This document shows, piece by piece, positions 1 through 12,677 of a DNA stretch of 64,000 bases. Source of the stretch: Octopus vulgaris (lineage: Eukaryota); the NCBI GenBank assembly GCA_951406725.2, contig OX597826.1:69750001-69814000 (forward strand), given 5' to 3'. Position numbers and translations under genes: made by a program. Within the stretch, counting starts at the first letter, position 1. Each line of letters opens with the position of its first letter. A model generated the notes under the pieces. That model ran no database searches, was not told where the DNA came from, and saw only the letters and a list, made by a program, of their open reading frames with translations.

Positions 1-1172
1 GACAAACAATATAACATGGCGGTTTCTTCTGTTGGCTGTCGGTTCACGTCACATATCGTCTGCTGCTTCTCCAGTTTATTTATTTTTTTTGTTTTTTGTT
101 GTGCTTTTTTCCTTTTTATTACGTCTGGTTTCGTATGTCTCTGGTAGTATTTCTCCTACCAATCCCACTATTATATCCTCCATATTGTCAACCTCCCTCT
201 TTCTTTCTCCGTCTCTTTAAATGTATGTTTGTGTATATATATATATATATATATATATGCATACACTCATAATATATTACATATTCCATACTCCTTTTCT
301 TTCTGTCTTTCATTGCCTCTCTCTGTCTCTCTCTTTCTTCCCGTGTCTCTATCACTGTTTTCTTTCCCTCATTGTCCCTCTCTCTCTCTCTGACACACAC
401 ACACACAAATACATATACACAGATACCTATACACATACATACACACACACACACTCATACATGAAAGAACTCTCTTACGCACATGTATATGCACATATAC
501 ATACAGACACACAGAATATCACTCTCATAAACACACGTTTGTACACAAACATGCAACACATACACTTTATACAAACACACACACACACACACACATCTAC
601 ACACTAAACAAACACATCCACACACAAGACACATCCTATTAATTCTCTAATATACGATGTCAGTTTTGGTTTGTCCAACGTTAGTTCATGTTCATCCTTT
701 AATAAACACAACCATCTCCTCCAAAAGTCACTTTGCTCAGCTATTACGTCTGCTTCACATTATCTATCGTCTGCCTCATACAACTGCCTCTAATGTCTGA
801 CAATAACTGACACAACTTACAAGAACACCTACAGGTTATCTTCTCACCTTTGCTGCACCTTGAATGCCATCGGCTACGACAATAATTCTGTAGAGTAGGG
901 CTGTAATTTCTCCGATGCTTCTCTTCATTTTTTTTCTTTTTTTAGCTGTTTTTGTTGCTTTTTATTTGCAATATGGTGGCAAAGTTCTTCCATTTATGGA
1001 TATTATTATTTCTATAAGATGGCTGCATCGTTATTTTCATATCTTTTTCTATTGTTCCTATCTTTTTTTTTTATTCATATATATTTTTTTTTTACCTATC
1101 GATAGCTGTTATCGTTCTCATCATCATTAACATCAACACTGTCAGCATCCATATCTTCATCTTTGTCGTCAT

Positions 1173-1176
<4 letters not shown>

Positions 1177-1225
<49 letters not shown>

Positions 1226-1316
1226 CTATCATCCCCATTTTTACTATGATCATTGTTACTATCACATCCGTCGTCATCGTCCACCTCTTCCTCTCCATCA
1301 TCATCATCTTCGTAAT

Positions 1317-1349
<33 letters not shown>

Positions 1350-1588
1350 TCCCCTTCATACCTCTTCTTTTTCTTCTCCCCCTCTCTCTCCTCCCCCACT
1401 TCCCCCCATCCTTTATCCTCGTCATTATCATCATTATCATCATTACCACCTCCACCACCATGGCAATAATGATAATCCTCCTCTTCGTGCTCAACCTCAT
1501 CGCCATCACCATCAGCTGCATCTTCCCACTTCTTCTTTTCTTTCCGTTACTCACTCCTTCACATATCGCTCCTCGCCCTACTACTCTT

Positions 1589-1639
<51 letters not shown>

Positions 1640-1778
1640 CATCCATCAGACATCATCATCACTATGTCTAACATCTATAAATCCATCTCCTTTCTGCTTC
1701 CGCTCGTATTTATTACACCTTCCCTCCATCCGTCGTCATCGTCCTCCTCCTCCTCCTCCTCTCCATCATCATCTTCGT

Positions 1779-1812
<34 letters not shown>

Positions 1813-1860
1813 GTCATAATCATCGTCACAATCATCTTCACCGTCACCGCCGTTTTAGTC
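1177..1860. repeat. Compound (CAT)n/(CT)n low-complexity tract
   Basis: Direct reading: CAT triplet runs and a CT dinucleotide run. Confidence 0.9.
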
Positions 1861-2354
1861 TTTAGTCTTTAGTCTTGAGTCGTTCTTCTTTAGTCTTTAG
1901 TCTTTAGTCGTTCTTCTGATATTCCACATATAATCATATTTTCATTCCTCTCCTTGCTCTTCTTCCTCCTCTTCTTCTTCCTCTCCACCCCATCCTCGCT
2001 TCCGTTTCCTTCCCTCCGTCTTTCACGGCTCTCTTTTACTTTCGCCATTTCTTCAAGACGGACGGTTTTCCAAACTCTTATGTCTTATATTGTAATACAA
2101 GCAATCAATGCTTTGCTGTTTCTTTGGACGTATAAAAACCAAAAGATGGCGCCTGGCATTGAGATGGATTTCGGTTATGTCAGATATGTGTATATGCGTG
2201 CGTGCGTGTGTGTGTGTGCGTGTGTGCGTGCGTGTGTATGTGTGCGTGTGTGTGTGTATCGTATGTATATGTGTTTCTATATGATCGTAAGCATGGGTGT
2301 AAATACATGTGTGTGTACACATATAAATATGTGTGTGTACACATATAAATATGT

Positions 2355-2575
<221 letters not shown>

Positions 2576-2860
2576 GCACACATAACGTGTGGGGTGGAAA
2601 GGGAAAGAGAAGAGACACAAGGGAGATTGGCAGAGAAAATTAAATAGAAAGAGAAAATGAGAAAGACAATGAATCAGCGAAGAAGAGAGAGAGAGGGAGA
2701 GCTAGAAAGAGAGAAAGAAAAATACAGAATGAGAGCAAGGGAAACGGGGTAGAGAGGGAATGAGAGACAGAGGCAAAAACGAAGATGAAGAGAATTACAA
2801 AAGGAAAGAAAGGACGAAACTAAAAACGAAAAAGAGAGAGAATTAAAAAAAAAAATCATA

Positions 2861-2896
2861 TCATTATTATTATTGTTATTATTATCATTATTATTA

Positions 2897-2949
<53 letters not shown>

Positions 2950-2977
2950 GTTATTATTGTTATTATTATTATTATTA

Positions 2978-3027
<50 letters not shown>

Positions 3028-3055
3028 GTTGTTGTTATTATTGTTATTATCATTA

Positions 3056-3097
<42 letters not shown>
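2861..3097. repeat. (ATT)n microsatellite
   Basis: Near-pure ATT run with GTT/ATC variants. Confidence 0.95.
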
Positions 3098-3644
3098 GAA
3101 ACATCAGCAAAATCTGAGTTAACACCTCGATGTTTCATCTCGGTAAAGTAGAAATAAAAGTCTTGGGTCTTAGTTGGCAGAACCATTATTGAAACAATCT
3201 GCCGCCACCACCACCACCACCACCAACACCACCAACACCACCAACACCACCAACACCACCGCCACGGCAACCATCGCAAACATCACTTCAGCCACCATTT
3301 CCATCACCACCACCACCACCACCTCCAAGACCATTACCCCCCCCCCCCACCGCCAATACCATCACCACCACGTTTCCCGCCGCCACTGTCACTTCGCTTT
3401 AACAGATTCCAACCTGAAGCGAAGTAGAGTCCAGATTAAAACATTTCAGCTCTTGAAATCGATGTTGACATTTCCGTTTTTATTTGATTTTGTTTTTGTT
3501 CTCTCTGTTATTTGTTTATTTGTTTTTGAATGTTTTTCTGGTGTTTTTGATGTTTTGCAGCAAATTCTTCGATTAACTTTTCAATTTTACTTTTCTCACT
3601 CTTTTATTCCGCCATCTTACGATCAAGTATTGAATGTAAAGATT

Positions 3645-4635
3645 TTACTGGTGAGCGCCGTAAACAGAATGACCGGACAAGTAGCTAGTGAGAGTACGAG
3701 AAGGAGAGCCAGGGAGTGAGAGAGGGGAGAGAGAGGAAGCGAGAGAGGGAGAGCCAGGGAGCGAGAGAGGAGAGAGAGGGGAGAGAGAGTAGGAGAGCCA
3801 GGGAGGGAGAGCCAGGGAGCGAGAGAGGGAGAGCCAGAGAGCGAGAGAGAGAAAGCCAGGGAGGGAGAGCCAGGGAGCGAGAGAGGGAGAGCCAGAGAGC
3901 GAGAGAGGGAGAGCCAGGGAGAGCCAGAGAGCCAGAGAGGGAAAGCCAGGGAGGGAGAGCCAGAGAGCGAGAGAGGGAGAGCCAGGGAGAGAGGGAGAGC
4001 CAGAGAGCGAGAGAGGGAGAGCCAGGGAGCGAGAGAGGGAGAGCCAAGGAGCGAGAGAGGGAGAGCCAGGTGGCGAGAGACGGGAGAGAGAGGGAGAGAG
4101 AGAGGGGTTGGGGAGAGAAAGAGAGTGGGGAAGGAGAAAGACTGAAGGATAAATAGATAGGCAGATAGATATAACTAGGGGTGGATATCAGAAAAATTAC
4201 TAGTGAATGCCGTAAACAGAATGACAGTAGAAATAGCAAGAGAAAGTATGAGAGGGAGAGCAAGGGCGCGAGAGAGAGAAAGCCAGGGAGAGAGAGGGGG
4301 AGAGAGACGGGGAGAGGGAGGGGGAGAGAGAGGGGAAAGAGAGAGAGAAAGAGAGAGTGGGAGGGAGATAGACTGAAGGATACATAGATAGGCAGATAGA
4401 TATAACTAAGGGTGGATATCAGAAAAATTACTGGTGAGCGCCGTAAACAGAATGAGCGGAGAAAATAAGTAAGAGAAAGTATGACAGGGATAGAGAAAGA
4501 GGGAGAGGTGGGGAGAGAAAGAGAGAGAGAGAGGCGGGGAGAGAAAGAGAGAGATGGTGGGGAGAGAGGGAGAAGTATTGAAGGATAAATAGCTCGGCTG
4601 ATAGATATAATTAAGGATGGATACTAGAAAAATGA
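3645..4635 (+). repeat. Tandem repeat: conserved block alternating with variable GA-rich minisatellite spacers
   Basis: TTACT(G/A)GTGA..GCCGTAAACAGAATGA recurs at ~3646, 4197 and 4428; TGAAGGATA..TAG...AGATATAA recurs at ~4143, 4374 and 4579. Confidence 0.8.
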
Positions 4636-4729
4636 AGGTTCCCGTCCGTACGGTACTAAACCACGTTACGAGAGAACCTCCAAGTGGTTTGTCGTCCTGC
4701 TAGAAATACCAAGCAAATTTTATCTTTTA

Positions 4730-4955
4730 TCTGTCATTTATTTCAGTCATTTGACTGCGGCCATGCTGTGGCCCGGTGTGCTAACATTTTCTGCCAGCTC
4801 ACCACCTTTGAATACATACATTCTGACATATATATGTATATACGACAGGCTTCTTTCAGATTCCGTCTGACAATTCCACTCACAGGGACTTAGTCGGCCG
4901 GAGGCTATAACAGAATACACTTGCCCAAGGTGCTACACTGTGGGACTTAACTCTG
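4730..4955 (-). mobile_element. SINE family A, decayed and internally deleted
   Basis: Reverse complement of the family A tail (TTTCAGTCATTTGACTGCGGCCATGCTG) and head (CACTTGCCCAAGGTG). Confidence 0.7.
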
Positions 4956-5249
4956 AAGTACAAAAAATATCGGAATAGATGCTTTGCGGTATTTATTTTG
5001 ATTCTTTACATTTTGAGTTCAATCTCCGACATCACCTACTCGGGTGGTGGAAGACTTAATTCGACTCTCTTTTTAACAACACCACACGGCACCCTGGGTG
5101 TCTTTAGCGGGGTTCACACTGTCGCAGTTAAGCACTCGGACAAGACTTTCGGTTTGAGGACAGATTCATTCCATGAGTCTCGAAGGTACTCTAAAGGTTC
5201 ACGAGTATTTTTTTTCTTCCTGTATAGGAAAAAAAGATAGATAAGAACA

Positions 5250-5700
5250 TGGTTACGTCTGCGTGGTTAATAAAGCGACTTCGCAACTATATGGTTTCGG
5301 GTTCAGTCTTATTGCGGGATAGGTTGAGCATGTGTCTTCATCTATAGATCTACTCCTTCCATTAGCCTTGTTATCCTTGAGAGGGAATTTGGTAGACGGA
5401 AACTGTTTGGAAGCCCGTCGTGTGTGTGTGTGTGTGTGTTGATGTGCGCGTCTATGTGTGTATGTCTTTGCGTGCGTGTGTGTGTGTGTGTGTGTGTCTT
5501 TACTTCTCTCCACGCTCCATAAATGGTGTTGGCTTGTTTACTCTCCTGTAACTCAGAGGTTCGGCAAAAGATATCGATTGAATAAGCACCCTACATTAAA
5601 AAAAAAAAACATGATTACAGGGGTCGATTTGTTCGAATAAACCTTTCAATGTAGTGCTGCAGCATGGCCGCAGTCCAATGACTGAATCAAGTAAGATATA
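5250..5700 (+). mobile_element. SINE family A, diverged copy
   Basis: TTTGGTAGACGGAAACTG, internal (TG)n, tail GCAGCATGGCCGCAGTCCAATGACTGAA. Confidence 0.75.
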
Positions 5701-6144
5701 ATAGTTGATGAAAAAAAGAAAAAAAAACAACATAGTTTCAAAACTTGGCTTAAAGCCCTCATATCCATCATTGTTATTGTTTATATAATAACCACAGACA
5801 ACTGTAACAGTATCCGAGATTCTCCGCTTCAAACAGACCTTTGAAGCCAGTATTTCAGGGAAAAAAAGCTAAGAAAATAATCGCATGGGATTTTCAGATT
5901 TTAAACTCCATAGAAGAACGTCAAGACGCAAGCTTATTGTGGAGTGAAGATGTAAAGATATGATTGCAGATAGTCGGACGAAGACATTGAATGAACTTTG
6001 CTTACATCTCTGATGTTCTGCGGAAAAGCATGAAGATCTGAACACCCTATATCCCTAAAATCCGAATATAAAGGAAAAAGAAACAGCAATATTTATTTTT
6101 GAAGATAACAGTTAAGTTGCTGAGAACATTGTTAATGGTGTTAT

Positions 6145-6322
6145 ATAGGCGTAGGAGTGGCTGTGTGGTAAGTAGCTTGCTTACCAACCACATGGTTCCG
6201 GGTTCAGTCCCACTGCGTGGCACCTTGGTCAAGTGTCTTCTACTATAGCCCCGGGCCGACCAAAGCCTTGTGAGTGGATTTGGTAGACAGAAACTGAAAG
6301 AAGCCCGTCGTATATATGTATA

Positions 6323-6371
<49 letters not shown>

Positions 6372-6582
6372 GTGTGTCTGTGTTTGTCACCTCAGCATCG
6401 CTTGACAACCGATGCTGGTGTGTTTATGTACCCGTAACTTAGCGGTTCGGCAAAAAGAGACCGATAGAATAAGTACTAGGCTTACAAAGATTAGGTCCTG
6501 GGGGTCGATTTGCTCGACTAAAGACGGTGCTCCAGCATGGCCGCAGTCAAATGACTGAAACAAGTAAAATAGTAAAAAAGAG
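6145..6582 (+). mobile_element. SINE family A, full length (tRNA-like head, internal TA/TG microsatellite, LINE-like tail)
   Basis: A-box-like TGGCTGTGTGG, B-box-like GGTTCAGTCCC, body shared with more than 10 copies in the window, AGTAAAA-repeat tail. Confidence 0.92.
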
Positions 6583-6659
6583 TGGCAAAACATAGAATAA
6601 AACTGAAAATGAAAACGAGGTGAAAACATTTATTTCGTACTAAAAATGGAAGTATGATG

Positions 6660-6978
6660 TTGGCTTCGAATTTTGGCACGAGGCCAGGAACTTTCGGGGC
6701 AGGGTGTTAGTTGATTACACCGAGCCCAATGTTCAACTGTTATTTTATCGACTGCGAAAGGATGAAAAGCAAATTTAACATCGGCAGAATTTGAACTCAA
6801 GACGTAAAGACAGACGAAATACCTCTGAGCATTTACCCGGCGTGCTATCGATTCTGCCAGCTAATCACTTCAATATAACTATCAATTTTGGTGTCAAAGT
6901 TTGGCACGAGGCCAGCACGTTCAGCGAAGGGTGCTAGTCAATTACATCTACCCCCAGTGTTCAACAGGTACTTATTTT
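6660..6978 (-). mobile_element. Older family-B-related SINE remnants, interrupted by the multimer at 6979
   Basis: CGAAAGGATGAAA...ATTTGAACTCA...CGATTCTGCCAG; the second remnant continues at 7626-7745. Confidence 0.65.
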
Positions 6979-7620
6979 AAGGCGGCGAGCTGGCAGAACC
7001 GTTAGCACGCCGGGCGAAATGCTAAGCAGTATTTCGTTCGCCGCTACGTTCTGAGTTCAAATTCCGCCGGGGTCGACTTTGCCTTTCACCCTTTTGGGGT
7101 CGATAAATTAAGTACCAGTCACACACTGGGTTCGATATAATCGACTTAATCCGTTTGTCTGTCCTTGTTTGCCCTCTCTGTGTTTAGCCCCTTGTAGGTA
7201 GTCAAGAAATAGGTATTTCATCTGCCGCTACGTTTTGAGTTCAAAATTCCGCCGAAGTCGACTTTGCCTTTCATCCTTTCGGGGTCGATAAATTAAGTAC
7301 CAGTTACGCACTGGGGTCGATATAATCGACTTAATCCGTTTGTCTGTCCTTGTTTGTTCCTTCTGTGTTTAGCCCCTTGTAGGTAGTAAAGAAATAGGTA
7401 TTTCGTCTGCCGCTACGTTCTGAGTTCAAAATTCCGCCGAAGTCGACTTTGCCTTTCATCCTTTCGGTAACGATTTAATCCTTTCGGTAACGATTTAATC
7501 GTTACCGAAAGGATGAAAGTACCAGTTACACACTGAAGTCGATATAATCAACTTCATCCCTTTGTCTGTCCTTGTTTGTCCTCTCTGTGTTTAGCCCCTT
7601 GTGGGTAGAAAAGTAATAGG
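6979..7620 (+). mobile_element. SINE family B, head-to-tail trimer
   Basis: Head GGCGGCGAGCTGGCAGAA..GTTAG, B-box GAGTTCAAATTCC; units restart at 7212 and 7397 (185-bp period). Confidence 0.9.
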
Positions 7621-9167
7621 TACTTTGCGAAAGGATGAAACGCAAAGTCAACCTTGGTGAAATTTGAACTCAGAACGTAAAAACAGACAAAATACCACTA
7701 AGCATTTTGCCCGGCCAGCAAACGATTCTGCCAGTTCTCCGCCTTCAGTGGAAGTATAATATTGCAGTACCTGAGGTAATTAACAGTGGTTGTGGATGTT
7801 ATAGGGATTACAGGGATGTTGGTGATTTGGATGGTAGAGGTGATAGTGTTAGCGGTTTGAATGGTAGTGATGGTGACAGATGGTCGTAATGGTTAGAGTA
7901 CCGTTTTCAATTGAGGCGGTATTGGTTGCGGAACGGTAGTAACTACAGTGGTGTTGATGGTGGTGACTGTAATAGTGGAGGTGAAGAATCATGGTAAGTT
8001 GGTTAAAACTTTTAATCGCTGTTCAAGTGGGAAACTTGAAATTTTAAATGAATATGGGGTAACATCTACTCTTCAGCTGAGCAAATGTTTTGTCAAGATT
8101 TGTAAGGTTTACGATTCGAGTTATTTGCTTACTACGTTCCCTGTTATTGAGGCAATTGAGAAAGTGGAAATTACTCACTACGACATCAATATTTAATTGC
8201 TCTTTAAATTCTTGGTGAGGGAGCTGCGTGTCAGATAAAACATGTAAGCGTTAATACATGTAGCTTTATTTTTTTTTAACCGTTTTATTATCTTTTAAAT
8301 AGTTTAATTAGCTTTAAACATAGTAAGGTTTATAATATGAGTTTATCGCAAGTACTATTTAATGAAATTTAAGTGTATATTAATCATCGATAATTTAATA
8401 TTATAACTTGTGGTGGTGATATATTAATGAGTATGTAGTGTTTTATTATTAACTTTTAAATGATGAAATAATGTATTTCACTCATAAAAATATTAGTTAA
8501 ATTAATTTCAATCACGTTTTGTTTTGGAAAAAATTTTATAAGGTTTGAACTTTCATTATAGTAATATCTATGGAAGACCGTTGGCATTATTATTTATTTG
8601 GACTTATTATTTATATGGATCGCAATTTAGCACATAATGTAGTTATTGCAGTTTATTATTAATACTGATACAATGTACATTGGTTTAAATGTCTGTTGTT
8701 GTAGTTTTTGTAAGTTTAATGTTTAATTCTGCCTACATAATGATTGATTGAAATAATGTGGTTATTAAGCTTCACTTTTATATTACACTACGGAAGACGG
8801 TAGGGGTTATAATTTTTTATGACTTAATAGAGTTGTAGCTGTTTAGTTACGTATTTAGGAGGAGTTATAATTTACTTACGGAATATATTTATCGATACGG
8901 TTGTAGAATGTGTAAATGTGTTTGAAAGTTGTGGTTTCTTTGGCTTGTTTGTTTGCTCCCAAACAACACTTATTTTAGTGCTGTTGATATCGCCGGATTG
9001 AATGGTACTGCACTGGTGTCGAAACCATAATGATATCCGTGGGCCAGCTGACGATGGAGATATGTTGGATTGTTGGTATAGCTGTGGAATATTATTATAA
9101 TACATCCTTTTGATACACACACACACACACACACAAACACAGATACATACATACATTCATATATATT

Positions 9168-9246
<79 letters not shown>

Positions 9247-9680
9247 ATATATATACATACAGTTTTCCCAGAAGGAAGAAATTGTGCCCAGACTTCGGAG
9301 AACACTTGGGGCGTGAGAAATGGACGTGATTTAATAATATAAATAATTTTCGGGTTAACAACAAGCAATCCCATGACTCAATGCCTCGCAGGAAAGAATT
9401 AGTGTCGCTCCCAGGCCAATAACTCCATGTGACATGGAGGCCTGACATCTAGCGGCCATCTTTTGCTCGCCCTATATCTCTTTACTCTTATCTGCATTCT
9501 TGACGAGATGGGTTCGTTCTGCGAAACTACGAGGCTTTGGAATGCATGAAACTGAGTCAGACGGTTATTAGATATTTGTTTCCTACCAAATGTGCCACTG
9601 CCTCTCGTTTGTCTACTCACTCGGATAGATTGAGATAGATAGATAGATAGATAGACAGATAGATAGATAGATAGATACAT

Positions 9681-9733
<53 letters not shown>

Positions 9734-9828
9734 GACAGACAGATAGACAGAGAATCAGCAAAAATCCACAAAAGTTAATGAAGAACACAAAGTTTTGTGT
9801 ATGGCACTAATAAAATGGATACTTTATA

Positions 9829-9832
<4 letters not shown>

Positions 9833-9861
<29 letters not shown>

Positions 9862-10250
9862 CATACATACATACATACATACATACATACATACATACAT
9901 ACATAATACATACATACATACATAAATACATACATAAATACATACATAAATACATACATAAATACATACATACATACATAAATACATACATGCATAAATA
10001 CATGCATACATACATACATGCATATATACATACATACATACATACATAATACATACATACATGCATGCATACATACATACATACATAAATACATACATAA
10101 ATACATACATAAATACATACATACATATATACATACATACATACATACATACATACATACATACATACATACATACATAAATACATACATACATACATAC
10201 ATATATACATACATTCATAAATACATACATGCATACGTACATACATATAC
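9833..10250. repeat. (TACA)n microsatellite, preceded by (GATA)/(GACA)n at 9625-9750
   Basis: Direct reading. Confidence 0.95.
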
Positions 10251-10658
10251 GCACGCATCATACAAACGAGTGTGTGTGTGTGTGGGTGTGCACGCGCGTG
10301 GGTGTGTATGACGCACGTCATACACGATCTGAATTGCTCCGTTGTCGGTGTCTAACTTACAATTTTCATTTTTAACCTATTTCTCTTTCCTTCTATTTTA
10401 TTATCAACGAAATTATTTCAACAACCACCTTGATAAAGGTCTTTTTTTTCTCTGACTGAAATACCATGTTATTAAACGCATTGAAAAGCTCTGATTACGG
10501 CTTTCACACTTATTCACTATATTTCCTATTTGAATAGATTCCTTACTATTGCATTTCACTAGGTTTCTTACTACTTCATATAACTATGTTTTTTGCTATT
10601 ATTGCGCTTGACTATAATTCTGTTTCTATTATATTGCTTGATGTTTCTTAGTATTGAT

Positions 10659-10905
10659 CGTGGTTTTAAGTCGTAGACCGGGTGGTACGTTGTATTCTTG
10701 AGCAAAACACTTCACCGCACGCTTCACTACGACCGTTTCGACACCTGATGCATGGTACACTGTGCACCTGTTCGGACAACGTCGATTTTGTGGATAGAGT
10801 GAGGTAATGTGCGGTACGAACATTGCATCACTTGAAGCGAATCATTTGTACAGGTCTTTCGGTTAAAGCTGAACGCTCACACCTCGTCTTCGAGAGGAGA
10901 GACCA
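10659..10905 (+). mobile_element. Decayed SINE with a family-C-like core and a different tail
   Basis: GACCGGGTGGTACGTTGTATTCTTGAGCAAAACACTTCA matches the family C core. Confidence 0.55.
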
Positions 10906-10987
10906 TCACTATCATTATTATTATTGTTGTTGTTGTTGTATACCTAATTGTTTCAGTTTCCACCTTAATAAGGGTCTTTCAAGGTGA

Positions 10988-11614
10988 GATATACATGAGG
11001 AATATTTGAAGGATCTAGGGAATAGGAAGTTCGCTAGCGGTCCCCAGCCGCAAGTATATCCCTGTTGGGAGAACGTCTTGTTTGCCGTAGATTTTCCTCA
11101 GACGCAGGGACAGGACGGGTCGAAGCCGCCGGTGGCCGGATCAGACGCTTCAGTTCACCAGAGCCCCGTTAGCCGAGTGCGGCCCTGATACCGCTGGGTG
11201 TCAGAACAATCCACCTTGGGTGGCCCTACCAGAAACCGAAGTCTCCGACGGCATAGCTCTGACACTCCCGTTTCACCCCCTTACCACGATGAGGAGGGGT
11301 AGGTCATGCCCTCCGTCGTCAACCAGGAGAATTTATCTACGAAGCAATCTCCCCAGCTCCCCTTCAGGGTTGGCGAAAGCGATGTGGTAGACAACAAAAA
11401 ACCTGGCTGATGACAGTCAAGGCTGATCTGGAACAAAACCTAGGCTCCCATATCTACGGCATTTGCCACTGGAATAAGGAGTGGTTGGAGATCACGCGGT
11501 CGTTAGCTTCAAATCGCCAGGCCTGGTCGGCGTTTGTGAGAGGTGCAGCATTGAGGATGAATGAAGCCAGCTCAACCCACCCCGGGTGAAGGCTGCCTCA
11601 AGACGAAGAAGAAG
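10988..11614 (+). mobile_element. Internally deleted RTE-clade non-LTR element (5' UTR-like part fused to the 3' end)
   Basis: 11302-11589 translates GHALRRQPGEFIYEAISPAPLQGWRKRCGRQQKTWLMTVKADL...LASNRQAW; (GAA)n tail; flanked by 18-bp direct repeats AAGGGTCTTT(C/G)A(A/G)GGTGA at 10970-10987 and 11615-11632. Confidence 0.75.
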
Positions 11615-11963
11615 AAGGGTCTTTGAGGGTGAAATGTTGCTGCATTAAGAATACTCAAACGTATCGATTAGCGCTTTCCAGCTTATTTCTTGTTAATATA
11701 CGTATATTTATTCCAACATATTCATACGTACGTGCGTGCTTAGATATTCCCCTCCAACCCCATCCTCATAAGAGACAAACTATGAAGCCTGTGGAATTAA
11801 TACTCTGAGATGTCTCCTGCATCATAAGCAACAGCTTGGAAATGTCATCAGGTTACTTACTACATACGAGACATGATGTCGTGTCTTAAACATACAAAGT
11901 AATCCACAGAAAATGATGGTTCTGCAGAAAATATAAATACGAAATTATTGAGCGTGCCTGCTC

Positions 11964-12233
11964 ATAATTTAAAGGAATACTAATCAAAATTTTCCCGTCT
12001 AAATTTCGGTGAAATACAGCCATATTGGAGCAAAGACTTAATGACCCGTGACGTTTAGTTACTTAACCCCTTCGTTCTCTATGGAGAGATAATATAGCTC
12101 TCAAGGTCATTAAGGTATAATTTCAAGGAATACTAATCGAATTTTACTGTCTACATCTCGGTGAAATACTTCCATAATGGAGCTCAGGTTTAATGACCTG
12201 GGACTCTTATTTACCTAACTCCTTCGTTCTCTA
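11964..12233 (+). repeat. Diverged tandem duplication, ~153-bp period
   Basis: ATAATTT.AAGGAATACTAATC...TCGGTGAAATAC...TTAATGACC...CCTTCGTTCTCTA present twice. Confidence 0.8.
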
Positions 12234-12393
12234 ATCTGATCTGTCTGTTCGTCTCCCAGATCTGGTTGCTTTTGAACTGTCATCGATCTTCCTATAACTC
12301 TATATATTTCTAGCTAGGAGCGTTTGCTCTACATAAACCCATTTTTACTTCTGAATTGAGGTGGTCTATGGTCGCCTGGCCTCTATCTTTGGA

Positions 12394-12660
12394 TACGTTC
12401 TGAGTTCAAATTCCGCCGAGGTCGACTTTGCCATTCATCCTTTCGGGTTCAATTAAATAAGTACCAGTGGAACACTTGGGTCGATGTAATCGACATTATC
12501 CCCTCCCACAAATTTTCAGGTCTTGTGCCTCTAGTAGAAAGGCAACGAAGGCGGCAAGCTGGCAGAGTCGTTTGGACCTCGGACGAGGCTTGGTGGTAAG
12601 TCGTCCTCTTTCACGTTTTGGGATCAAACACCGTTGAGCTCGACTTTGCCTTTCATCCTT
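12394..12660 (+). mobile_element. Family-B-related SINE fragments
   Basis: TACGTTCTGAGTTCAAATTCCGCCGAGGTCGACTTTGCC, and a second decayed head at ~12549. Confidence 0.75.
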
Positions 12661-12677
12661 TTTTATTTTTTTATACA

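Noticed and set aside
3645-4635. Repeat-spacer layout superficially like CRISPR
   Set aside because: The repeats are ~100 bp, the spacers are low-complexity and related to each other, the context is eukaryotic, and there are no cas genes
11020-11110. Possible HDV-like ribozyme at the RTE 5' end
   Set aside because: The GCGG-TCCCCAG-CCGC hairpin resembles P3/L3, but I could not find P1, P1.1 or P2 partners
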